Of a stretch of DNA of 64,000 nt, positions 9,942 through 19,794 are shown piece after piece. Where the stretch lies: assembly GCA_013204455.1 (NCBI GenBank), contig JABMNW010000192.1, forward strand, positions 2,682 to 66,681, given 5' to 3'. This DNA comes from Acidimicrobiaceae bacterium. GTDB lineage: Bacteria; Actinomycetota; Acidimicrobiia; Acidimicrobiales; Ilumatobacteraceae. Position 1 is the stretch's first letter. Every line of letters starts with the position of its first letter. Made by a program: the position numbers and the translations under genes. The notes beneath the pieces are model-generated. The model had not been told where the DNA came from. It ran no database searches and was given only the letters and a program-made list of their open reading frames with translations.

Positions 9942-10856
9942 TTACTTCCTCAGTCGGGGGTTCGCGAGCGTGTAACCGATGCTTGCCAATAGATTTCCTA
10001 ACGTCACCACAACCACAAGGAGCAGTGAGAAAAACTGGATTACTGGATAATCTCTGCGCAGTACTGCGTTTACAAGAATTTGACCAACACCTGGCCAGCC
10101 AAAGATTGTTTCAACTACCAGCGCATAACCAACAACTTGACCGACACGCAAGCCAGCAAGCGAAATAATCGGCAACAAAGAACTACGGAGTACATGCTTA
10201 AAGTAAATACGGCGCTCACTAAAGCCAGACGCACGCAGAGTGCGCACAAAATCTTGCCCAATATTCTCCAACATTGCTGAACGCGTGATTCGCACCGTGA
10301 GTGCAATACCCTCCGCACTGAGCACTAGCGCAGGAAGAATTACAGATTTAAAACCACCTTGGCCCCCAGATGGCAACCAGTGCAACGTCGAAGCGAACAG
10401 ATGTATCGCAATCAGGGCAAGCCAAAAGTTTGGTACCGCCATACCTGCAACAGAAAATGAGGTGATGCCAGTATCAACCCATGTATTTCGTCGAAGGGCC
10501 GCAATCATGCCGAGCGGTACACCAACTAGAAAAACAATCAACAACGAGGATCCACCAAGAATGAGACTGTTCCGAATCTTTTCAACAGCCAACGAACTAA
10601 TACGCGCATTGCTGGTAAGCGAATTGCCAAGATCACCAGTTACGAAATTGCCCATGTAAGTGATGTATTGCTTTAGGATTGGCTGATCGAGACCTATCTG
10701 CTTGCGAAATAGTTCTCGATCGGCCGCCGACGCAGATGCCGGCATTCGCGCCGCAGTCACATCACCGCCGGAGAATCGGATAGCGGCAAACACAGCAAGA
10801 GATGAGGCTAGTAATAGCAGCAACGTGCTTACGATACGGCTGAAAATAATTTTCAT
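9942..10856 (-). CDS. ABC transporter permease (DppB-like)
   Basis: Six predicted hydrophobic segments and an N-terminal anchor typical of DppB/OppB permeases. Confidence 0.9.
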   Translation of the reverse strand: MKIIFSRIVSTLLLLLASSLAVFAAIRFSGGDVTAARMPASASAADRELFRKQIGLDQPILKQYITYMGNFVTGDLGNSLTSNARISSLAVEKIRNSLILGGSSLLIVFLVGVPLGMIAALRRNTWVDTGITSFSVAGMAVPNFWLALIAIHLFASTLHWLPSGGQGGFKSVILPALVLSAEGIALTVRITRSAMLENIGQDFVRTLRASGFSERRIYFKHVLRSSLLPIISLAGLRVGQVVGYALVVETIFGWPGVGQILVNAVLRRDYPVIQFFSLLLVVVVTLGNLLASIGYTLANPRLRK

Positions 10857-11704
10857 TTGGAACTTGCCCGTTCAACTGCTGTTCGCAACCGTGGATCAAG
10901 TAGATCGCGCAAACCATCACCAATCAAACTCACGCTGAGCACCATGACGAAAATTACAATGCCAGGAACCGTGGATTCCCAGTGATTGAGACGCATGTAG
11001 TTGCGGCCCTCAGAAACCATCTGGCCTAGACTCGGTAAAGGCGGTTGCGCACCCAACCCAACAAACGATAGCGAAGCCTCAGCAATAATGCCCACGGCAA
11101 CGTAGTAGGACGAGAGAACAAGTACTACCGGCATAATATTCGGCAACAAATGTCGTGTGAGAATCCGCATCGTTGAGTAACCACCTGCTCTTGCAGCGAC
11201 GACAAATTCTTTTTCTGAAAGTCCGAGCACTTCGCCGCGCACCACACGTGCGATTGCAACTGTGTTCACGAGCCCAACGGCAAGAATCACAGGTAGCAAA
11301 CCTGATCCGATACTTGCCGCAGCCAAAACAGCAACCAAGATAAGGGGGAAACCCCAAATGAAGTCGACGACCAAACTGATCATGCTGTCGACAGCACCCT
11401 TGATGTATCCCGCAACAAGGCCAATTGCAGTTCCCACAACGACTGCAATCACCGTGACTGAGATGGCGACAATTAAACTAATGCGAATTCCAACCACGAC
11501 ACGGGCGGCAATGTCACGCCCGAGAGCATCAGAGCCTAAAAGATATCCGGAGGTCATCGGAGGTAAATGACCCAGAAGTAAATCTTGATCGGTGTAATCA
11601 CCAAGCAACCATGGCCCGACGACTCCAAGTAAGACAATGACCGTGGCAAGGATAGAACCACTCACCAACTGTTTGTTTTTTCGCGCCCGACGGAGCAAGT
11701 TCAT
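10853..11704 (-). CDS. ABC transporter permease (DppC-like)
   Basis: Multi-pass membrane protein. 4-nt overlap with the DppB-like gene. Confidence 0.9.
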   Translation of the reverse strand: MNLLRRARKNKQLVSGSILATVIVLLGVVGPWLLGDYTDQDLLLGHLPPMTSGYLLGSDALGRDIAARVVVGIRISLIVAISVTVIAVVVGTAIGLVAGYIKGAVDSMISLVVDFIWGFPLILVAVLAAASIGSGLLPVILAVGLVNTVAIARVVRGEVLGLSEKEFVVAARAGGYSTMRILTRHLLPNIMPVVLVLSSYYVAVGIIAEASLSFVGLGAQPPLPSLGQMVSEGRNYMRLNHWESTVPGIVIFVMVLSVSLIGDGLRDLLDPRLRTAVERASSK

Positions 11705-11793
11705 TTGTCCACCTTGCTAAAAGTCTCGCAGGGACCCGATTGATCAAACGATCAACCGAGTCCCCACCTAAAGAAATTTCTTAAAGTTGATTC

Positions 11794-13545
11794 TTACTGA
11801 TCCAACCACACGTCGTTGTAGAGCGGGTAGAGGTTCCAGACGAATGGTGCCCAGTTCTTCACATAGTTATGGTGAACGAAAGTTGCGTACTGGTTCATCA
11901 GTGGCAGATAAGGAAGTGTGTCAGCCCATTCCAACTGGAAGTTTGAGGATGCTGCGATTCCAGCCTCTGGCGTTCCAGCTAGACGCCACTGGGTAATTGC
12001 TGCATCAATCGATGGCTCCACAGCATGCGAAAAGTTCGGCACTGGGATAGTCTCGGACGATCCGAAGATCACCAAGATGTCAAGTGGTACCGGCCAGAGC
12101 CAGAAAAACAGCGCCATTGGAGCTGCTTCACGACCCACGCCAGACTGATTTTCGAAAGCAACAGCGCGGTCAACCACCCTCAATTTGGCAATTACGCCAA
12201 CTTCTTTGAACTGCTGAGCCACTGCCTCTGAGACCAACTTCTGAGTTGTTTCGTCTTCAACGACATACTCGAACTCAAAGCGAACACCATCTCGCTCGAG
12301 CACTCCATCGCTGCCTGCGACCCAGCCGGCTTCTGCCAAATTTGACTTTGCAAGTGCCACGTCGAATTGGTTGTAACTCTCCACCTTTGGTTCGTACTGA
12401 CGGTCGGTCTTAGGGAAAGGACCGTAGGTCACATCACCGTTTCCAAACAAAATCGCATCGACCATGCCCTGACGGTTCAATGCATGCGACAGACCCTGTC
12501 GAGTCAGTTTGTCACCGAAGAACTCGGGATAGTCACGGTTCATTGAGAGTTGGTAACCCGACCATTCAGGATGCTGAATAACCGTCAAGTCAGAATTCGA
12601 CTTGAGGCGCTCAAGGTCGGCGTAACTTGGCCCGAGCAGAGTGTCAAGTTCACCATTTTCGAGCATCGTTGCACGCTGTCCCCCTTCAGTGATGACGCTC
12701 CAACGGACGGCATCGAGATATGCCGCACCTGTGTTGGTGACGTACGGTGTATTGCTACCAGGGTATGCATCCCAACGCTTTACTAACGTGTGACTGCCTG
12801 GCACCCACTCTTCGTGGGTGAATGGACCCGTACCGTCAGCGGTATCGGTGCCATACGTTGATTTAGGATCTGAACCGCCGGCAGCTTTCCATGTATCAAC
12901 GTTAGCGAGCGCCCAATAACCAGTTTTGTGTGGGTTTAGTGCACCAAGCCAAGCGTTCTTCATCTTTAGGATTACCTTGTTACCCTCAACCGAGTAACCC
13001 TCCATCGGAACTGTGGAGACTCCGCCGATGAAACTCGTGTCCTTAATAATCTGCAACAATTCGGCAACTTGGTTTGCCCCCATGACGCCGCCGCTATGGC
13101 TAACGCGACCTTCTGGAATATCAAAGGTGTAAGTCAGACCATCAGCCGACACTTCGTATGCTGCAGCAAACTGTGGAACTGTGTCACCATCAAGACCGTC
13201 AGTAACGATGGTTTCATAAATTGCACTGAAAGCCGGGTCATACCAGTTAGTGGTGATTGGATCGTGCTTTGAAACGTCACGTGGATACCCCTCGCGAAGC
13301 ATTCCTCCCACCTTTGGAGCTGAGTCCGTCGCCACGGTGTCACCAGAAGCAGTTGTATCTGCAGTTCCGGAATCAGAAGAGTTCGATCCACAAGCCGCCA
13401 AAATTGTTGCGGCTGCACCAACGCTAAAACCGACTGCGGTGAGTTTGCCTAAAAATGCGCGACGACCAAACTTTTTAGACTTGTAGTCTGCGGCAAGTTG
13501 CGCTACATCCGCACCGTATTGATCTTCGATCCATGAATTGCTCAT
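11794..13545 (-). CDS. family-5 (peptide/nickel) ABC substrate-binding lipoprotein
   Basis: 583 aa. The N-terminus carries a Tat-like GRRAFLGK motif and a lipobox ILAAC, followed by a Ser/Thr/Asp-rich linker. Confidence 0.9.
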   Translation of the reverse strand: MSNSWIEDQYGADVAQLAADYKSKKFGRRAFLGKLTAVGFSVGAAATILAACGSNSSDSGTADTTASGDTVATDSAPKVGGMLREGYPRDVSKHDPITTNWYDPAFSAIYETIVTDGLDGDTVPQFAAAYEVSADGLTYTFDIPEGRVSHSGGVMGANQVAELLQIIKDTSFIGGVSTVPMEGYSVEGNKVILKMKNAWLGALNPHKTGYWALANVDTWKAAGGSDPKSTYGTDTADGTGPFTHEEWVPGSHTLVKRWDAYPGSNTPYVTNTGAAYLDAVRWSVITEGGQRATMLENGELDTLLGPSYADLERLKSNSDLTVIQHPEWSGYQLSMNRDYPEFFGDKLTRQGLSHALNRQGMVDAILFGNGDVTYGPFPKTDRQYEPKVESYNQFDVALAKSNLAEAGWVAGSDGVLERDGVRFEFEYVVEDETTQKLVSEAVAQQFKEVGVIAKLRVVDRAVAFENQSGVGREAAPMALFFWLWPVPLDILVIFGSSETIPVPNFSHAVEPSIDAAITQWRLAGTPEAGIAASSNFQLEWADTLPYLPLMNQYATFVHHNYVKNWAPFVWNLYPLYNDVWLDQ

Positions 13546-13656
13546 TGCTGATCCCCCTGGTAATTGCTGAATATTTGTAACTCAAAAGAATATAACATAG
13601 AGTTCAGAAAAGTGCAAGCCTCAATATTTAAAAGGAATCCCAGCATTTTCAGGCCA

Positions 13657-14661
13657 TCAGACGCCTCGAATAGTGGGTAACTCAATACCTAAAATTTTAC
13701 CAATCGATTGCACTAGTTCTGCTACGCCCGGAACCACTTGCGACTCAAGAATCGGGCTAAATGGAATAGGTGCAGATTTTGCTCCAACTCGAGCCAATCT
13801 AATATTTAGGTTGCCACCGAACTTCTCGGCAAGGTGAGCAACAATTTCTGACCCAAATCCACAAAATTTCCAACTCTCGTGCGCCACGACGACATTTCGT
13901 GTGCGTAATGCAGATTCTTCGATGCAGGCGTAGTCAAGCGGCACAAGCGAACGTAAATCTATTACTTCAACATCAATGTCATATTTTTCCAATTCCTGGG
14001 CTGCCGCTAGTGCATTGTTCACCATGTCTGAATACGTGATCACTGATACTGAAGAACCCTGCCGGGCAATTCTGGCAACACCCAAAGGGATCGAGAAGTC
14101 CCCGTCCTCCACATCCGAACGCACCCCTGTAATCCGCTTATGTTCTAAATAGATAACTGGATCCGGGTCGCGAATCGCTGTTCGTAAAAGCCCCTTTGCG
14201 TCATTGGCATTCGATGGTGCTACAACCTTGAGTCCAGGAATATGGCAAAACAAATTCTCCAAACTAGAAGAGTGTTGTGGCCCCGATGAACCTCGGATTC
14301 CATCAGATGCTCGAATAACTATTGGCACAGATACTTGACCGCCAAACATGTACCTAAACTTTGAGGCTTGGTTAACAATTTCGTCCATTGCGCCAAGAGT
14401 GAACTCAACAAAACTCATTGAGGCCACAACCTTTAGCCCTGTCACAGCCGCACCAAGTGCTGCCGAAACGATTAATGCCTCCGAAATGGGCATATCTATT
14501 ATCCGAGTTGATCCAAATTTTTCTACTAGGCCACGAAACTGGCCAAAGTTTCCCCCCCAACTAATGTCCTCGCCGATCGCAATCACATTTTGATCCTCCA
14601 ACATTGCAAATTCCATTGCATCTAACGTTGCTTGGCCGAAGGTCATGCGTTTAGATGTCAT
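13657..14661 (-). CDS. 2-oxoacid (pyruvate/acetoin-type) dehydrogenase E1 component, beta subunit
   Basis: Transketolase-like Pyr and C-terminal domains (IAIGEDI..., VIRASDG, YLEHKR). Start at 14661 (MTSKRMTF) or 14646. The longer ORF-track start overlaps E1 alpha extensively. Confidence 0.85.
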   Translation of the reverse strand: MTSKRMTFGQATLDAMEFAMLEDQNVIAIGEDISWGGNFGQFRGLVEKFGSTRIIDMPISEALIVSAALGAAVTGLKVVASMSFVEFTLGAMDEIVNQASKFRYMFGGQVSVPIVIRASDGIRGSSGPQHSSSLENLFCHIPGLKVVAPSNANDAKGLLRTAIRDPDPVIYLEHKRITGVRSDVEDGDFSIPLGVARIARQGSSVSVITYSDMVNNALAAAQELEKYDIDVEVIDLRSLVPLDYACIEESALRTRNVVVAHESWKFCGFGSEIVAHLAEKFGGNLNIRLARVGAKSAPIPFSPILESQVVPGVAELVQSIGKILGIELPTIRGV

Positions 14662-15655
14662 GTAAAATATCTTCCGAAAAGACATCCCGAAGAGCGTCCG
14701 ATGGCAGTGGAAATTCTGAATCTCTGGCAAATTCTTCTGCTAAACCAATTTCGTGGTCAACCTGACTTTGCAACGCATCGAATGTGGCGAGATCCAACCA
14801 ACCAGAGTCAAATAATTTGACTTTAAATCTCTCGATCGGATCCTTTTGCTTCATCAAATCAACTTCACTCTTTGATCTATAAACCTCAGCGTCTCCAACG
14901 TAATGACCGCTGAAGCGATAACTCTTCATGTCTAGAAGGGTCGGCCCAAGACCAGACCTCGCCCGAACAATGGCAATCCTCATTGCACCGATGACTTCGA
15001 GCAGGTCATTGCCATCCAATGTGTCACCATGCATTCCATATGTCTCCGCGCGGCTTGCAATGTTTTCATTTGCGGTTGTTCGTCGCATGTCAGTGAATTG
15101 CGCATATCCATTGTTTTCGCACACAAAAATTACTGGAAGCTTGTGAAGACCGGCAAAGTTGAGGGATTCGTGAAATGTACCTTTATTTAGGGCTCCGTCG
15201 CCAAAGAAACAAACGACGACGTCCGAAGTCTTTCGATATTTGCAGGAGAGCGCCGCACCCACTGCAATCCCATAACCCCCACCAACGATCCCGTTTGCGC
15301 CAAGCATCCCAATCGAAAAATCTGCGACGTGCATAGAGCCGCCCCTGCCACGGCATGCACCGGTGACTTTTCCAAACAACTCTGCAAAAATTGAGTTAAG
15401 GCTGATCCCTTTGGCGATCGAATGCCCGTGACCACGGTGTGTTGATGTTACGAAGTCTGTTAGAAGGAGCGAACTGCAAACTCCCACAGCAATCGCCTCT
15501 TGACCTGCACATGAATGAATAAAGCCAGGAAGTTGACCGTCGAGGAATAACACCCCAACTCTGGTTTCGAATGCCCGAATTTTCACCATCATTCGCAAAT
15601 GCGCCAGCGCATACTCTCGACCAATATCTTCTAGCGGGATCGCCAATTGAGTCAT
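14651..15655 (-). CDS. 2-oxoacid dehydrogenase E1 component, alpha subunit (TPP-binding)
   Basis: TPP motif region FFGDGALNKG...FVCENNGYA. Confidence 0.85.
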   Translation of the reverse strand: MTQLAIPLEDIGREYALAHLRMMVKIRAFETRVGVLFLDGQLPGFIHSCAGQEAIAVGVCSSLLLTDFVTSTHRGHGHSIAKGISLNSIFAELFGKVTGACRGRGGSMHVADFSIGMLGANGIVGGGYGIAVGAALSCKYRKTSDVVVCFFGDGALNKGTFHESLNFAGLHKLPVIFVCENNGYAQFTDMRRTTANENIASRAETYGMHGDTLDGNDLLEVIGAMRIAIVRARSGLGPTLLDMKSYRFSGHYVGDAEVYRSKSEVDLMKQKDPIERFKVKLFDSGWLDLATFDALQSQVDHEIGLAEEFARDSEFPLPSDALRDVFSEDILHDI

Positions 15656-16428
15656 TGTGCGGTAAATCCACCGTCTATAGCCAGTACTTGTCCAGTCACC
15701 ATCCGAGACGAGTTGCCCGCAAGAAATATTGCTCCACCAACAATGTCAGAGGTTTCCCCTAAGTGTCCCATCGGTGTGCGTGATTCGAAAAACTGTTTCA
15801 TCTGTGGTTCTATCACCCATTGCTTCATCACAAGATCCGTCGCAATATGACCTGGGGCAATTGCATTCACACGAACTTGGTGCGGCGCCCATTCAATTGC
15901 AAGAGATTTCGTCAACTGAATAACACCACCCTTGCTGGCTTGATAGCCAACACTTCCTGCGAAACCAACTATGCCACCAATTGATGCAATATTGATGATT
16001 GAACCGTGTCGTTGCTCGATCATTTTACGACCCACAGAGCGACACATTCTGAACATGCCAGTCAAGTTTGTATTAATCACTTTGTCCCAGACCTCATCGG
16101 TGTAATCAACGGCTGGAGAACGTCCACCAATTCCAGCACAGTTCACACAAATATCAATTGATCCACACATCTCTATCGCTTTTGTCACCGCATCGTTTAC
16201 CGATTGTGACTCGCAGACATCAAGATGTAAAAGTTTTGAATGCTTCGTATTTAACACATCATCTCGTATATTGGCATTGGAATACGAACGATCAGCTGCG
16301 ATAACGAAGGCGCCCTCTTCGATAAACGCTTGAGAGATTGCGCCACCAATTCCGCCTGCAGAACCCGTAACGATTGCGGTCATCCCCGACAAAGAGAATC
16401 TTCCTGGACTACTTTTCGATTTTGTCAT
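15652..16428 (-). CDS. SDR-family oxidoreductase
   Basis: TGSAGGIGGAI cofactor motif, YQASK catalytic motif. 4-nt overlaps on both sides. Confidence 0.85.
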   Translation of the reverse strand: MTKSKSSPGRFSLSGMTAIVTGSAGGIGGAISQAFIEEGAFVIAADRSYSNANIRDDVLNTKHSKLLHLDVCESQSVNDAVTKAIEMCGSIDICVNCAGIGGRSPAVDYTDEVWDKVINTNLTGMFRMCRSVGRKMIEQRHGSIINIASIGGIVGFAGSVGYQASKGGVIQLTKSLAIEWAPHQVRVNAIAPGHIATDLVMKQWVIEPQMKQFFESRTPMGHLGETSDIVGGAIFLAGNSSRMVTGQVLAIDGGFTAQ

Positions 16429-16679
16429 TCTGCGCTGACGATTCTGCCGATAACAGTCCCCGCACCAATTTCAACATCAGACGCTTGGATAAGTATCTCT
16501 AAGCGCCCGTCACATGGGGCTTCCATCTCAACTTGCGACTTTTCTGACTCATAAATTACTAGTGGGGTTCCGGCAATTACATTTGCGCCGTGCTCGACCA
16601 GCCACTCAATAATTATAACTTCTTTGGCGAGGCCACTATGGGGAATTACTAACTGCCGAATTTGGTTAGATATGTCCAT
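16425..16679 (-). CDS. free-standing lipoyl-attachment domain protein (about 84 aa)
   Basis: VIYESEKSQVEMEAPCDGRL matches the lipoyl-lysine hairpin (E-[ST]-[DE]-K-[AS]-x-x-E-[VIM]-x-[AS]-P). Start at ATG 16679 (MDISNQ). No acyltransferase catalytic domain follows. Confidence 0.6.
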   Translation of the reverse strand: MDISNQIRQLVIPHSGLAKEVIIIEWLVEHGANVIAGTPLVIYESEKSQVEMEAPCDGRLEILIQASDVEIGAGTVIGRIVSAE

Positions 16680-17340
16680 GACGAGCGAGACCTTCCAAAG
16701 GACTGAACCCATTTCGCATATCAGTTCGCACAAGCAATTCGATCCCAGCGATTTCCTCCGACTTTAGTAGAACTGTTTCTGCGTACTCACGCGGAACAAT
16801 TAACACACCATCGAACTCCGCGATCACTATGTCACCAGGACTTACCTCTACCCCATCAATTTTTATTTTTTCTTGACACGACAGCATTTCCCATCGGCCT
16901 ATTCCATTCAGTGGAGATAGGTCGCGATAAAAAACTTGTAATCCAATATCTCTTAATCCACTAGTGTCTCTCAAATTCCCATCCAAGATCACACCAGTGC
17001 AACCACGCTCCAACGCCGAATTACCAGTCAGTTCGCCAAAGTGGCCGCATGAACTACTGGGATTTGTTGAAACGATCACATGGTCCGGCTGCAATCGTTC
17101 GAATGCCCTTAAGTACGATGCAATCCGCACTTTTCCTTCGTCCCAACTAACGACAGGGTCAATTGCCGCCCCTTGCACCGTGAATGCGTGACCCACAATT
17201 CTTCTTTCTGGAAAGAGCGGTCGCAATCCTGTCGAAAGCAATTGCTCTGGTATACCAAGTTCGTAAAGAGCATCGCATACGACCGGGAGATAGACGGCCC
17301 TAAATCGCTCGCAAATTTCGTTCACTGAAATTGCTGGCAT
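16666..17340 (-). CDS. RraA-family protein (4-hydroxy-4-methyl-2-oxoglutarate aldolase/oxaloacetate decarboxylase-like)
   Basis: GCTGVILDGNLRD block typical of RraA/HMG aldolases. Start at MPAISV (17340), 20 nt downstream of the preceding gene's stop. Confidence 0.7.
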   Translation of the reverse strand: MPAISVNEICERFRAVYLPVVCDALYELGIPEQLLSTGLRPLFPERRIVGHAFTVQGAAIDPVVSWDEGKVRIASYLRAFERLQPDHVIVSTNPSSSCGHFGELTGNSALERGCTGVILDGNLRDTSGLRDIGLQVFYRDLSPLNGIGRWEMLSCQEKIKIDGVEVSPGDIVIAEFDGVLIVPREYAETVLLKSEEIAGIELLVRTDMRNGFSPLEGLARHGHI

Positions 17341-17359
17341 GACCCGGTCCTGTCTATCT

Positions 17360-18634
17360 CTATTTGGTTTTTTCAAGATAACGCAGCGCTGAAAGCGCGT
17401 AAATCATTGCCGACTCAGCCGCTCCATTTACGTGCATACTCTCATTTGGGCTATGCGCTCGTGGCAAATACCCTGGCCCAAATGACGCAATACAGGGCAC
17501 GCCCGCGACGGTCTGAATATAAGCGGCATCGGTTGCTCCTGGAAACGCGTCCAACTTTGGTACCTGACCAATAATTTGCGCAGTAACGCTTTGCAAGCAA
17601 TCTACAACTGGATCTTCAGCATCAATCTCAGTTGCCCCGACCATCAGATACCACTCCAACTCAGCACGAAGTTCTGGATCACTTTTCTTTGCATCATCAA
17701 GAAATCGCAATATGTCGCACTTAATCTGCTCTTCCGCCATGCCAGGAACTGTGCGCACATCGCATGCAAACTCGGCGCGACCTGGAAATACTCCGTAGGT
17801 GACTCCTGATTGAGCAGTGACTCCTACATTTACTGTGGGACCAAACCGACATAACGGATGCTCATTGAACGTTAAATAACCCTTAAGCTCCTTTTGCATC
17901 TTGAGCGCAAGTTCTGCCATTTTCAGTGTTGCATTTATCGCTGGTAACTGATCAGATATCGACGAATGCATTTGAGTCCCATAAACGACTACTTTGAATA
18001 GTGCCGCTCCACGAGATACAAGGTGTATAGCTTCCCACTCTCGAAGAATGCCGCCCGGCTCTCCGATCACGCATACATCAGCCTTGATGTAACCCTCTTC
18101 CGCCAGCCATTTGGAACCATAAACGGATCCGTTTTCCTCATCAGCGGTTAACGCCAAAGCAATAGCTCCTGGAAAAGAGTCAAGGGTGCGCAGGGCCGCA
18201 ACAGCGTAAACCATGCCTGCAATTGCAGCCTTCATATCTCCACAACCGAGCCCGATAAGTTGGTCATCTTGCACAACGGCATCAAGCGGGTTGGTCTTCC
18301 ATTGCGAAAGATCACCTGGGGGCTTTGTATCAATATGGCCAGAGAACATTATGCACCGACCAGTTTGCTTGCCGATGACTTCAGCAATCACATTCGGTCG
18401 CGTCGGATCTAGTCCCACGATTCTTACATCTTCAATCCCAAGATTAATTAGCCTGTACTTTAGTACCTCGCTGACTTCTCTTTCATCGCCTGGCGGATTT
18501 ATCGAAGGGGTTCGAATTAACTCACAGGTGAAATCAAAAATCTCTTCCTGCTTCGATCGAATATATCTGGCAACTTCTTTCTCGTTATCAGAAAGCAGAA
18601 ATTTATCAATATCCTGGAATAGTTGCTTCATCAT
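17360..18634 (-). CDS. M20-family metallopeptidase/deacylase (ArgE/DapE-like)
   Basis: FSGHIDTKPPGD and GCGDMKAAIAG metal-ligand motifs. Confidence 0.85.
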   Translation of the reverse strand: MMKQLFQDIDKFLLSDNEKEVARYIRSKQEEIFDFTCELIRTPSINPPGDEREVSEVLKYRLINLGIEDVRIVGLDPTRPNVIAEVIGKQTGRCIMFSGHIDTKPPGDLSQWKTNPLDAVVQDDQLIGLGCGDMKAAIAGMVYAVAALRTLDSFPGAIALALTADEENGSVYGSKWLAEEGYIKADVCVIGEPGGILREWEAIHLVSRGAALFKVVVYGTQMHSSISDQLPAINATLKMAELALKMQKELKGYLTFNEHPLCRFGPTVNVGVTAQSGVTYGVFPGRAEFACDVRTVPGMAEEQIKCDILRFLDDAKKSDPELRAELEWYLMVGATEIDAEDPVVDCLQSVTAQIIGQVPKLDAFPGATDAAYIQTVAGVPCIASFGPGYLPRAHSPNESMHVNGAAESAMIYALSALRYLEKTK

Positions 18635-19794
18635 CTTCCACCCTTTTTTAGAAAATCTGCGATTCCAATTATTCCTTTTTCAATCGTGGACTCACTTGCC
18701 GCAAGAGATATTCGAACCATTCCTATCCCACCTGGACCAAAAACTGACCCAGGTGCAATACTAACTTTGTGTGATTTAAGAAGATCTAATGCGAATTTAA
18801 CATCACCGGTTGATCCGTAGTCCCCGACGTTTAGAAGCATATAAATCGTGCCAGCAGATTTAACCGCTCTGATTTTGTTGTTTGTCGCTATTTCGAGTGC
18901 GAGACCCAATCGCTTGCGGTAGGACGTCAACATTGCGTCGATCGGCGCCCGAGGACCAGTTAATGCTGCTTCGGCGGCTTTCTGCGAAATCGTACTCGGA
19001 CACGAAACCTGTGGCTCCTGAAGAGTTCGGGCCAAATCGGCGACTTGACGATTTGCTACCAAGTAACCGACACGCCATCCTGTCATCGCATATACCTTTG
19101 AAAAACTAAAAATCGAAATCACTCTTCCGTCATCATCAAATCTCGCGGCTGGTACATGTCGCACACTTTCATCAAGAACTAATTCGTCGTAGACTTCATC
19201 ACTAACAATCCATAAATCGTTTTGATTCGCAAACTCGACCAATGCCGTCATCGTTTTATCATCAAATACGCACCCTGTTGGGTTGGATGGCGAATTTATG
19301 AATAACACTTTGGTACGCGGAGTCACCAATGACTTCAATTCATCAAGGTCTGGTAAGAAACTGGTCTCAGCTTTTAAGTGATAAAAAACTGGCTTTGATG
19401 AATACAGCCGAATCATCTCGTCCATATTTGGAAAACCCGGTGTTGGCAATAAGACTTCATCACCTGGCTCCAGCAAAATACCAAAAGTTGAATAAAGAGC
19501 GTTCATCCCACCGGGAGTAACTACAACTTCGTCGATCTCGGCGGAAATCTCATTAACTTTAAAAAGCTTCTCAACTAATAGTTCGCGTAGTGATAAAAGT
19601 CCGCCGTTGGGGCCGTATCCCGTATGACCGTCGTGCGCCGCTTTTGCGGCTGCATCAATTATGTGCGATGGAGTTGTAAAACTTGGCTCGCCAACTTCCA
19701 GCCGTAGAGCACCAGGAGTCTTTGCCGCTGCATCAAACAGAACTCGTATTTCTGAACGGCGATAAGCGAGCGCTCGATCTGCTTGTAACTTCAA
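18631..19794 (-). CDS. class I/II PLP-dependent aminotransferase (paralogue of 6260..7417)
   Basis: SFSKVYAMTGWRVGY and NSPSNPTG motifs. Confidence 0.85.
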   Translation of the reverse strand: MKLQADRALAYRRSEIRVLFDAAAKTPGALRLEVGEPSFTTPSHIIDAAAKAAHDGHTGYGPNGGLLSLRELLVEKLFKVNEISAEIDEVVVTPGGMNALYSTFGILLEPGDEVLLPTPGFPNMDEMIRLYSSKPVFYHLKAETSFLPDLDELKSLVTPRTKVLFINSPSNPTGCVFDDKTMTALVEFANQNDLWIVSDEVYDELVLDESVRHVPAARFDDDGRVISIFSFSKVYAMTGWRVGYLVANRQVADLARTLQEPQVSCPSTISQKAAEAALTGPRAPIDAMLTSYRKRLGLALEIATNNKIRAVKSAGTIYMLLNVGDYGSTGDVKFALDLLKSHKVSIAPGSVFGPGGIGMVRISLAASESTIEKGIIGIADFLKKGGR

